From: Psammoneis japonica
Lineage: Eukaryota
NCBI GenBank assembly: GCA_008632985.1
Contig: QPGO01000030.1
Location: forward strand, 619,135-670,515
Direction of reading: 5' to 3'
DNA length: 51,381 nt
A model generated the notes under the pieces. The model ran no database searches, was not told where the DNA came from, and saw only the letters and a list, made by a program, of their open reading frames with translations. Shown piece after piece: positions 34,602 to 45,170 of the stretch (positions within the stretch are counted from its first letter, which is position 1; every line of letters begins with the position of its first letter). The position numbers and the translations under genes were made by a program.

Positions 34602-36458
34602 ATGAAAATGCCTACCACCGACGTTGCAACATCCGCTCCAATCAATGACACCGGAAAGAAGCTCTCTACACGACAAGACAAACAACTTGCCAGTCATGCG
34701 CGTCATCGATTGGCATCAATATATTGGGATTCAGCAGGGATGTCAGAACGATACGAAGAGTGCTTGCAACAACACTACTACCCACATTCGCTGCCCAGCT
34801 ATCCGTGGATTCCCAACCAACGATGTGGATCGTGGTATTTACCACCATCATTCACAACGACGCCTGTGTATTTCAAGTCGACAGATGGACACACGAATAC
34901 TTGGAATGTCAGTTTGAAAAGGCTGAATTTGCATTTGTTGGGCCATCCATCGGGGTGTTATCTAGTCGATGCGTCGGTCCGAAAACTCGTTCCCGATAGT
35001 TTGTCCCGCACACTTCCAATTTGGGCTTGTGTAATGAATCGAATTGTTCTAAAGTATCGAGAAGATCTACTGGGAATGGATCAAATGTATCCTGAAGGAT
35101 ACGATGAAGATTCTTGGGACGTTGACTTGCACACCCCGGCGGGAATTGTCGCGAAAGACGAACATGCCCAGATACTGGAGGTCATTCCTGATCGGGTCAA
35201 AGCCTTGTACGAGAGTCAAGCAATTGTCAAACCACAAGCCTTGATTCAACAGTTTGTCAAACCAATTCGTGTCGTTTGTTGGATGTCTAATCGAGGGAAT
35301 TGGATACAAGCTGAAACCTCCGTAGAAGCACTTGTACCATCACCCAACGAGTGGGACAAGTACCAAGCAATAATTGCTTGTAATCCATCTACCTATCGAA
35401 CGCACAAGCCAAATACCAAGAATCATTTACAAAGCATGGATTTTTGGCCGACCAATACGACAGACACCACGAAAGACCACGGATTCTATTACACACCCGG
35501 TGCCGCTGACGATCATGAGTGTTGGGCGCGGAAGATTACCCCTACTCTCTTTTGGCAACACAAGGGTGCCTTGGTGAATCCAGACTTGTCTGAAGAAGAC
35601 TTATATGAACTCATGGATCGAATTTCGGGCACTTGTGTGGCGGAAGAGGAACAATCGGCGCAGCACGATTATGCTCACCAAATTGGGCAATTACCTGTTT
35701 GGATTGGTAGTCGTCGAGCTGGACGTCCACCGGATTGTTGGGATTTCTTCGACGCCATTCTCAATGTCACACATGAAGAGTATCCTGGCATCGGCAAGGA
35801 TCATTATTATTTACAATTGCCCGTTCAAGAAGGAAAACGTGACAAGACGGAGCTTGAACGATGGATGGCGGTAGGATTGGTGTTTTTGACACAGCATTTG
35901 CGAATGGGTCGACGCATCCTTGTCCATTGCAATCAAGGCAAAGATCGCTCGGTAGCCGTCGTCTTGGCACTAATATTGTTGGTGTGTCGTCGTCGACGAA
36001 AACAGGACAAAGATGACGGAAGCAATTCGCCAATGCTGTATCCCTTGCAATTGCGTGACGATTTTGCTCACTGGAAGTTGAGAGAATTATGGCGAGAAAA
36101 TGGTGACTGTGATGGCGATAAGGATTGCTCTCCTCAATTCTATCAACAATCTGGACTTCGACTGCAACTCGTGAACAAATTGTTGTCGCCACCACAAGAC
36201 GTCACCGGGAGGGACAGGTTCTTACGCTGGGTACATAAACAAGTGTCGCGGTCCGAGAAACACCATTCTACTACGCCAAGTGAATTCCAACCCTTGGCGA
36301 CCAAAGAAACCATCCGCATTGGTTTGCAGTGGATCAAACAAGATCGAGAAGTTGCTGACCCAAGTCGAGCCACCCTGCAAAAACTGAATCGATTCTTCAT
36401 GAGTAGCGCAATCTATCGACACACGGAAGAGGGCCCGGAACATAAACCAAGAAAATGA
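34602..36458 (+). CDS. RIT1: tRNA A64-2'-O-ribosylphosphate transferase
   Basis: PNQRCGSWY, YFKSTDGH, LKRLNLHL, PDSLSRTLPIWACVMNR and GAADDHE.W, plus a C-terminal DSP-like HCNQGKDRS. Confidence 0.92.
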   Translation: MKMPTTDVATSAPINDTGKKLSTRQDKQLASHARHRLASIYWDSAGMSERYEECLQQHYYPHSLPSYPWIPNQRCGSWYLPPSFTTTPVYFKSTDGHTNTWNVSLKRLNLHLLGHPSGCYLVDASVRKLVPDSLSRTLPIWACVMNRIVLKYREDLLGMDQMYPEGYDEDSWDVDLHTPAGIVAKDEHAQILEVIPDRVKALYESQAIVKPQALIQQFVKPIRVVCWMSNRGNWIQAETSVEALVPSPNEWDKYQAIIACNPSTYRTHKPNTKNHLQSMDFWPTNTTDTTKDHGFYYTPGAADDHECWARKITPTLFWQHKGALVNPDLSEEDLYELMDRISGTCVAEEEQSAQHDYAHQIGQLPVWIGSRRAGRPPDCWDFFDAILNVTHEEYPGIGKDHYYLQLPVQEGKRDKTELERWMAVGLVFLTQHLRMGRRILVHCNQGKDRSVAVVLALILLVCRRRRKQDKDDGSNSPMLYPLQLRDDFAHWKLRELWRENGDCDGDKDCSPQFYQQSGLRLQLVNKLLSPPQDVTGRDRFLRWVHKQVSRSEKHHSTTPSEFQPLATKETIRIGLQWIKQDREVADPSRATLQKLNRFFMSSAIYRHTEEGPEHKPRK

Positions 36459-37274
36459 ATCACTCAACAAGCATTACCGGTTACGAAGCTTTGGATTCAT
36501 AGGGTTTCCTTGTTCTGAAACCCAGGACAGGGTACTGGATTATGTGCCAGGGGGGTCACGACAAGGTTGAGAGAGGCACTCGGGGATAAGAACGACGCTG
36601 AGCACAGCGGAGTTCATTAGTATCTTTGGAAATTCAGTCCGGTAAATGCGATTTCGGGCAGCGCGGAAACTTATCGAAGCTGTTGACGGTGACTGTAAGG
36701 TGTTGGGATGTCATGCATGTTTGCCTCTGAATGCCTGCTTGATTATGCTTTTCTCGTAATGCTCACAGATTCCTGGCGTGTATCATGTAGGAATTATTAC
36801 AAGTTGGTCGACTGGTTGGGCTAAAGAAGAAGCTGACAATAGCTCAAATGAGCCAGTTTTTGACGGCACACATTCTGCTGTCGGTGCTATCCAAATACTT
36901 GACAACAAAGAAGTATCTTTCTTCTCTTAGTGGGTCATACAATGAGCATAATCGTAATACTGTAAACTTTGGGGCTACAGCAGGAAAGGAACAACCCACG
37001 ATGATCAACACAACCAGCTTGACAAGCTCGGGCAGAGGCGTTTGATGCGGGAAGTCCTCAAAAAGGAGCTAGTCTTATATGCCTCATGATACGAGGTATG
37101 CACGGTGCAGTACGTTTGGGATTTTGAACATGTATTGTTATATTTTTTGTTTTTGTTTGTTTTTCTAATTGTGTACGCGTCCTTGCATTCATACATCCGA
37201 TGGGTTAGTTACTGTGTCATTCAAAACCGAATCCTTACGGTAAGTAGTCCCGAGGCCGCAAGGATCGTGCAAAT

Positions 37275-39194
37275 TCAAATCGTCATTCGTGCGAAAAGGG
37301 CAGCCAACTCATCCATTTCGTTTGCCTTTCGCCTTTTCGTAGGTGGTTCCGCCAAATCTATTTGGCTGTCACTTGACGGCCTCTTTCTGGGGTTTGGGCG
37401 TGGGCTTCGGAAGGCCGGACGGCGTCGTGGAACACGCATCAGTCGCTCCATGACGGCCACAAGGTTTGCAATCTTTGAAGAGACGACCAGTTTGGCAGGC
37501 CTTTTCATGACAGGCGCCTCCTCACTCCTTTCGAATGGAGTTGTTGAGGAAGCTGTGAAAGGCGATTCTTCTGTGGAAACAATGCTTGGTTCATCTGGAG
37601 CTGGTGTTTCAGATGGTGTTGAAATTACAAGCTTCTTGGCGGGCTTGGTAAGCCCCCCTCCAGTCGTGATTTGCACTCGTCCAAAAGGGTCAGTTTGTTC
37701 GTCAATGTCTACCTTGTCTTGCTCTGCTTGGGATGAAATTTCCATTCGACTAAAACATTCAACCAGGTCGTCTAACTCTCCATTGTCTTCGTCGCCACGA
37801 GGCACTTTATTGTGCAGGGGCTCGGGGACTCCGTTGTTTGGTTCACCACGGGGTGCTAGATTGCACAGGGGCGCCATAATAAGGAGTGGAAAGCTGGACG
37901 GAAGCGGTCGATGCTGTGGTTTCGTCTCAAACAGGGGTGTCACAAGGAGTGGACAGCTGGACGGAAACTGCAGACGTTGTCGTTTTGTCCGACACAAGAG
38001 CGCCGCAAGGACGAGTGGAAGGGCCAGACGGAAACGGTCGATGTCATCGTTTAGTCCGATACGGGTTGCAATATCCATGCGTTGGGCATTCGTAGTTGAT
38101 AAAATAGAACGCACAACACCAACCGTGAGGAGTTTCGTAGGCGATTTGACGCGCGCAGGAGGCGTTGGCATGTTTCCCGGCGTTGGACAATCATTTGAAA
38201 GCGGGAACTCGAAGATCGCCGCAGCCAAAACCGAGGGACTGGAACTCGTGTTGTCAAACTTAAGCAAAAAATTTCCACGGACGTTTAGATTGGAGGCCAT
38301 ACGGAAGTTTTCGAGGGCTTTGGTATCGAAAGACTCGATTTGGCTCACGTTGGTCGCGGAGGATTTGAACTCAATCCCGACACAAACGGAGGTTGGAGCG
38401 CAAGCGAGAAAGACTTTCTTCGAGTCCATGGTATAATTGACAGCCTCGAAAGGCACATTGAAGGGATGGAATTTGCCAAGGGCTTGGGCGAGTCCGGAAT
38501 TGGGCGTGATCGGAGTGCGCTCGACCTGGGTCGCGCATGATTTGAACTCAATCCCGACACAAACGGAGGTTGGAGCGCAAGCGAGAAAGACTTTCTTCGA
38601 GTCCACGGTGAAATTGACAGCCTTGAAAGGCACATTGAAGGGATGGACTTTGCCAAGGGCTTGGGCGAGTCCGGAATTGGGCGTGATCGGAAGCCGGTGA
38701 ATACGCTCGACCTGGGTCGCGCATGATTTGAACTCGTTCGCGACACAAACGGAGGTTGGAGCGCAAGCGAGAAAGACTTTCTTCAAATCCACGGAAAGAT
38801 TGACAGCCTTTAAACGCATATTGAAGGGATGGACTTTGCCAAAGGCTTGGGCGAGTCCGGAATTGGGATTGATCGGAAGCTGGTGAATGCGCTCGACCTG
38901 GGATTTCGAGGCGCAACGAACGAGTTCCTCAACGCAGCCTCTGAGCCACGCCTCGTACGACGTGCGGGTGGAGCTCTCATTCATGACAATCGACAGAGTC
39001 TCTTCTGTCGGCGTGGCAACAACGTCGTGAATCGTGTCCGCTTCTTCATCGTCGCTACGATTCGAGTTTGCTTTCAACGCGAGAAAGGTCAAGACGGAAA
39101 CGGCGGCAAGAGGATCGGTGCGGGTAAAAGCAACGACACCACCAAAGATGATAGCAGCAGAGAGGACGGTAATGGCATTCGAAGAGAATTTCAT
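37275..39194 (-). CDS. Hypothetical 639-aa protein with hydrophobic N-terminus and internal ~60-aa tandem repeats
   Basis: Long ATG-started ORF whose repeat indels preserve frame; family not recognised. Confidence 0.6.
   Translation of the reverse strand: MKFSSNAITVLSAAIIFGGVVAFTRTDPLAAVSVLTFLALKANSNRSDDEEADTIHDVVATPTEETLSIVMNESSTRTSYEAWLRGCVEELVRCASKSQVERIHQLPINPNSGLAQAFGKVHPFNMRLKAVNLSVDLKKVFLACAPTSVCVANEFKSCATQVERIHRLPITPNSGLAQALGKVHPFNVPFKAVNFTVDSKKVFLACAPTSVCVGIEFKSCATQVERTPITPNSGLAQALGKFHPFNVPFEAVNYTMDSKKVFLACAPTSVCVGIEFKSSATNVSQIESFDTKALENFRMASNLNVRGNFLLKFDNTSSSPSVLAAAIFEFPLSNDCPTPGNMPTPPARVKSPTKLLTVGVVRSILSTTNAQRMDIATRIGLNDDIDRFRLALPLVLAALLCRTKRQRLQFPSSCPLLVTPLFETKPQHRPLPSSFPLLIMAPLCNLAPRGEPNNGVPEPLHNKVPRGDEDNGELDDLVECFSRMEISSQAEQDKVDIDEQTDPFGRVQITTGGGLTKPAKKLVISTPSETPAPDEPSIVSTEESPFTASSTTPFERSEEAPVMKRPAKLVVSSKIANLVAVMERLMRVPRRRPAFRSPRPNPRKRPSSDSQIDLAEPPTKRRKANEMDELAALFARMTI
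38345..38910. repeat. Tandem repeat, ~171-183-bp unit, ~3 copies
   Basis: GACACAAACGGAGGTTGGAGCGCAAGCGAGAAAGACTTTCTTC recurs at ~38379, ~38556 and ~38742. Confidence 0.95.
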
Positions 39195-40354
39195 TGCTGT
39201 TGTACAAAGACGACAATGGTCTGATATTGTGTCTTGCTCTGAGAGTTTGTGCTCGCGCTGTTCAGACTTTGCGTGAGAAGGGCTTTCGTACTGAGGCTAC
39301 GTAGATTCTACGACCACGTCGGAGCTCACAAAATTTTGTTGGTTTGCGACTGGTTTCCGCAACGGGAATGGAAAGTGCCCAGCCATGGAGAACGGGTTGG
39401 TTTCGTGAATTATTGGGCCAGCACCGCTTCTGGGAGGGCAAGGCATACTCAAACCACTCACACCTCGTCAACGGCTTTGTGCGTGTCACTACAGTAGGGC
39501 CCTAGCCCCTAGCTCTAGTAGCTCTATTAGAGTAGCAAATGGCAGAAACGGAAATCCTTTTCAAACGAAAAATTTACGTGACACGATAACGCTGTCGAAG
39601 GTGTTGCGCGAATAAGTTCGTATGAAAGAGTGTACTGATAGAACCTTTGTCCAAGAAGTAGCTCGTCCAAGTCTATTCGATTCCTTTATCGACAAACGAA
39701 TTATAACGCTACAAAAATCAACTTGCAAATTTGTATTACGATACAGGAACGCTTTCTTCATATGCTTGCCAAAACATCGCACATCGTCAAAGAGAAATGG
39801 ACGGTTTCTTGAATCTGTATTAATAGACTCCCTTGAGACATCGAGAGAGTTAAAACTAACTTGTTCTGCTTTCTTCACAAACCAACATTGGCTACAATAT
39901 GTACAGTCTACATAAATCTCGTAAAGCGCATTCCAATTCGACTCGACAACGCGTTGTTAGAAGAATCACAACTTGTTGATTCGATAATCTCTTCTTCTTC
40001 GAACGATGCTTGTAGAGTAATAGTGCTGGTGGTGCTATTGTTCAAAGACGAGTCCTCGTCCACAAGGGTGAAATTGTCATAAAACACATTGTTTTCCATT
40101 CGTCTCGTATTCCCATTTCATTGGGGACGTAAATTTCCAGAAGTAGTACATCACTCACATCGGTGGCGGAACTACCAAACACAAGTGGCTCGTCGGTTCC
40201 CTCGGTTAATGTTGAAATGATCTTCGTCGGAATGTGGCAAGCCAAATCCGTGGCCCGATTCGTGGCACCTATAAATCATAAATGGATAGATGGATTATCG
40301 AGTATAGTAAGAGACGGGTGAGGTGAGAAGAGTACCGAGTACCGAGACTTCCAT

Positions 40355-40870
40355 ACAGGTGGATGTTGTGCTCCATGCTATGTATTGCATCATCAAGTAC
40401 ATCGCTAAGAACGACCCATCTCATCCATGGCACAAGTACTGCTCGAAGAACCAAGGGCGATACAAGTTCCAGATGGATTTGGCTCGAGAGATCACTAGCT
40501 GCGGGATAGCACTGGATTGGAAGGACACTGCAGATGAAGAGTCAAAACCAAGATGGATGAGGAGACTTGGGTGTGCGCCATGTGACTGCATGTGTTGCTT
40601 CTTCTTCGCCGATGGACTCACCCACAGGATCGACCACCGTAGGAGAACGCGTGCAGCTCCCCATGACGCACCAGCTATTGTTTGCCAGAAAGACAGTAGC
40701 CAAGTTGCAGATTTCAACCCAGAAGACTCCGATCATGCTACCAAAAGATTCTTGATTTTCTACTGAATACTTGAAGGAATAGATGGACAGGTTGTGCCGC
40801 AAGGCGAGGTTTGGGTGCAGAGCACGGAGTGACGATCTGCGAGCCTTGCAGGCAACATACAACCATGATG
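40355..40870 (+). pseudogene. C-terminal fragment of a piggyBac-like transposase
   Basis: W.KY..K..GRYKFQMDL...GI..DW...KPRWMR...PCDC..CFF..GLT, then a frameshifted Cys-rich tail (LCRKARFGC...ICEPC...YNH). Recalled similarity to diatom piggyBac-derived proteins; not verified by search. Confidence 0.5.
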
Positions 40871-42075
40871 TGGGCTAAAATGGGGCAACGTTAAGAACTG
40901 CATGCAATAATGTAAATGAATCTTCGTAGCGCTTGCCAGATTCGTGCTACAGTAGGGGGCGTTTGAAAACTTGGTTTTCACGATAATACAACAATGTGTT
41001 AGAATACAAAAGCAGCCTATGCAGCATCAAGTATCGAAAAGCACTTGCATTGCCGTATACATGTTACTGACTTACATTGTTCTTGCCCATAGCTGGGGCT
41101 GCCACCGTTCAAATGCTCTTGCACAGGAGTCATACGTCATACCATTAAAGCCCATGAATTTCGGTGAAAATACCTCTTGTCGTCGGACCCCCTCCCATAT
41201 CGAGATTAAAAAAAAAGCCAACAATCGGCATGGAAGTCCTTCGCATGTTATTTTATTAGAATAAGCCCTGGAGGTGTACGAAAGTCGACGAAACAAGTGA
41301 GAAATGAAATACAAACCTCGTCGGCGATCGGTGATTTTGAGAGAAAAGCGTGCGAACTACTGCACTCCACGCTTTACGGTACGTCAGTAAAGCAAACAAT
41401 AGATAGATTTCGCACGGCGAGCCATCATAACGAAAAGTGGGACTTCTCCAATCTCTGTCCATTCCCACTCGCAGCACAAACAATCCTCAACACCGATAAC
41501 ATACCGGGTACCGGTAACGGTAACAAGATGATAGATGTCAATTTGTAGCGCCGCGCAACAGATAAGAACATAGGGCCCTATTTTGAAATATATTTGCATA
41601 TACTGTATGATAGCAACAGAAATACTTATTGGTTTTGATGTTTCGCTCTTTTTATCCCCCGTGAAGATTTTCGTCTGTTTTTTGTCCGTTCGTGCCCACA
41701 GGGGCACGAAAGGAGGCTACGTAGGACTGTACCAACAAATCCTGTAGATGCACGTTTCCATGCCAACAAGATTCATGAACCTCTCAAACGAAAAGAGACA
41801 ATGGCGTCGTTCTGGATCAACGCCGTAGTTGCTACGTCTGAAACCGCAGCGCGCCGCTTTTCTGCTCGTAGACTTGTACGCTGTCCTGGTGCAAAGGTCA
41901 TTGCATGCATGGAGTCTACGATGAGGTCATGCTGAAGGAAGAATTCTCGAATTTGAATTCTCAGCAATCAACCGAGTTTGTGTACTTTCTATTTTTTTAT
42001 GCTGCCAACCAAGTCTTACAATCACACATCCCTGATTCTACCTGCATGAGACGACACTGAGATTTCAGTCCATGC

Positions 42076-43335
42076 ATGAGTTCACTTGCACCAATGGATG
42101 AATCGGCGTTGCACTCGGTGACGACGTCCGAGTCAGATTGGGTGGAGCATTTCAATCCAACAGAGGACTTGAATTTTTGCGACGAGGATCTCCACTTGAT
42201 TGAGGACAGCTTGATGGATAAGTGTGACAGAACCGAGCAGTCAAAGGACCGTCCAAAATGGAAAGTGGACAATGATGGGAAAGATGTTAAGATTGCCTTT
42301 AGCCAAGCTCCCCAAAAGGTGTGGGAGACGGCCAAAGCCGAGATTCAGGGACATCGCGAGAGGGTGCAAAAACTTGCAGGAAAAGAGTTCAAATCGATTG
42401 ATCCCATTGAGGACACTGCGTTGCTGTTTGTGGGTGGTGCACGTCCTCTCATGCAACTTCTGGAGTCAGAGTTGTCGCTCAAGTTTCAAGAAGCTTCTCA
42501 ATTTCTTGCCACCTGCTGCAAGCAAAAGGCATGTCGGTTGTCAGTTGAAGAGTTGTGTGATGATGACGACATAAATTGTGCTGGGCCAATGACTGAAGAG
42601 AAGCACAAAATGGTGTGGAAGTCAATGGGCCGTTCAGGCGATGCGCCATCGTCAACGGCTCGTAAGAAAAAGCCACCCTGGGAAAAATTCCAAGACAGGT
42701 TCAACGAGACGTGTCAAGAAATAAATGTGAGCCAGTCAGCATCCTTGATTGTTTCATTGGACGAAGATAAAAAGAAAGCTGCAGTCAACAATGGAGATGA
42801 CATGCTGGGTCTGAAGCAGGTTGTGCATGCAGACAAGCGAAAGGGCATCGTCGGTCACACAGCCGTGTCCCCTGCAACTCTTTTGATGCACGGTGTTTGC
42901 TGGGAACGAGTGGGCGACACAACTTGTGATTGTCATGTAAATCTTGTTGAGACAACATTTGGATGGAGGCCAACGCTCGACCGAGTCACGTTTTGCTCTG
43001 ATCGCGGTTGTTGGACGATGAAGCTTCTCACATGCTTGCTCGAGAACGGAGCCGACATTCATGGGACGGTGAGGCGTCAGCATTGGCACCACTTTGCTTG
43101 TGACCAGACATTGAAGATCGGCGACCCCAGGGTTTTGATTGACACGACAGGGCTGGCAACACTTTGCACGGGGGCTGCATCGGTTTCGGAACGGAAAGTG
43201 GATATAAATGCTTTTCGAAACGGCACGAATGGCATGGTGTTGTCTATGTCAACTGTGTGTCATGGTGCCCCATTGGGATCTTGTCCCTCAAGGGGGGGAA
43301 AGAGCAAGTGTCAAAGCGTGTTCCACTTGTTTTAA
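42076..43335 (+). pseudogene. piggyBac-like DDE/DDD transposase, 3'-truncated and tyrosine-free
   Basis: IVSLDED, FCSDRGCW (cf. DRGY) and IHGTVRR in piggyBac-like order; no Tyr in 419 aa. Confidence 0.65.
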
Positions 43336-43699
43336 GTCCCGAACATCGTCATGCTCACACGTTCCGACGGTTTCTTGAAGATCAGCCAATTGATGAAGTG
43401 CTTTCTCAACGCTGCCACGATCGGACGACGACAGACGAAAAGATCGCGAAGATGTCGCGCGCTTTGGCTTGCCATCACCTCCAGGGGCGGGCATCGTTAC
43501 GGCAATTTCATCCTGAAACAAGTGACGCTACTAGCCACGAGGAATGTGATGATGATGAACCATGATGGTAAACAACATGCCCTTTCATGCAGTAAAAACG
43601 GCATGGGTGATGGCAGTTCGTTCAAGCGAGTCCCGAATGGACCATTTTGAGTCCCGAGCACTTTGCCAAAATTTTGGGCATTTTTTCACCTGGTCAATT

Positions 43700-45170
43700 T
43701 CGGTCGCAAAAGCACCCCGGATGTTAAAGTGGGGACACCTGACAACTGCACAAGCACCCATCACCAAAGGCGAGGCAGCTGCACGCAAGGACAAGGAACA
43801 ACATGTGAGACAAAGTGCAACATGCAGACAAGATGCTTGTGCAGAAACAGAGTGTCTGGCCACTTCGCCGCTGGCTGCAAGAGGCACAGAGCAAGAAGAA
43901 GAAAAGCCAGAGGGGAGCAAAAGCACACACACACAGAGGAGAGTGGTGGTGTGTGTGCTTTGCCTTGAAGAACCTGTTGGAAGAGGCAAAGAAAATGCTC
44001 AGGTGATGCTGAGATCTGCCTCACAAAGAACTGTTTCAATGCACAGTCGATGACATGAGTGAAGTCAAGAAGCCACACACACACAAAAAGAGAAGCAAGT
44101 CAACTTGGCACAGCCTTGGCCAGGGTGGTGGCTCAAGAATGCACACAGTCACCTGCAAGGTGTCAAGCAGTGCAGAAAAAGCAACTTGGATTTTCAAGTG
44201 GGGCAAGCTGATGATTTTTCACAAAAGCACGACCATCACCAAAGGCAGCTGGGCTCAAGGACAAACAACAACATGTGTGGGGCAAAGTGTGGTGTGCAGA
44301 CAAAAGAAGTTTGTGCAGAAGCAGTGTGTCCAGCCACTGTGCTGATGGCTGCAAGAGGCAGAGCAAAAGAAGCCAGGGCAGCACTGTGTGCCAGGAGCTC
44401 CCACAGAGAGCCAGCCTCCCTGTGTCTTGAAGAAACAGGCAAAGGGGATGAACAAAATGCCAAAAGGGAAAATTGTGAGGCTGTTTTGGGTGCCAACAGC
44501 AAGAAGTTGAGACACTCTGCAGCACAACCCAGCAAGAGCTCATTGCCACTGCAGCAGGCCAGCCAAGCATGTGTTGTCCATGACCAACAAGCAGCACCCT
44601 GCAAAGTGTTTTCAGCCCCACTTTGGGCTGTGTGTGACCCAGTTGTTGTTGAGAGCTGCCTCACAAAAGAATGCTTCAGTGCTTGTCACTGAATCTCCAA
44701 GCACATGAAAGATGAAAGCACTGGAGTTTGCCAAAGATGTCATTGAGAGAGTGCAGGCATGATTTGCAGCTTTGGCGCAGAGCTCTCAGCACAATGCTTT
44801 GCAGACAGATGCCAAGATCATGAACAAGAGCAGCAGCACAGCAGCAGCAGCAGAAATCAGCTCTGTGTGTTGGAGCAGCAGCAAGCAGCCAGAGCAACAA
44901 AAAAAAGATGAAAAGAGCAGAAGTTCACAGCAGACAGGCAAGCAGCATCCTCTGAGGTGGCCAGAAATGATCTCCAGTGTGCGCTGTGGAGCACAAGGCA
45001 GGCATCAGCAGAAGCAGGCAGGGAAAGAAAACAAAGGCTTGCTTTTGTGAGGATGGCATGAGCATGGTCAAGAAGCCACACACAGAGAAGCAAGAAGCCA
45101 ACTTTGTGCAGCCTTGCAGCTTTGGTGCCAGGCAGTGGTTCAAGAGTGCACACATCATCATGCACGGCCA
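43700..45170. repeat. Diverged tandem duplication (~470-bp unit; second copy expanded by insertions)
   Basis: CCATCACCAAAGGC...GGCTGCAAGAGGCA at ~43758 and ~44233; CTGCCTCACAAA at ~44016 and ~44656; GTCAAGAAGCCACACACA at ~44064 and ~45067. Confidence 0.75.

Noticed and set aside
37105..38436. 443-aa plus-strand ORF as a separate gene
   Set aside because: Antisense shadow of the 639-aa ORF, favoured by low TA content; GTG start and no recognisable domain.
38345..38910. CRISPR-like array
   Set aside because: Contiguous ~180-bp coding repeats without unique spacers; eukaryotic context and no cas genes.
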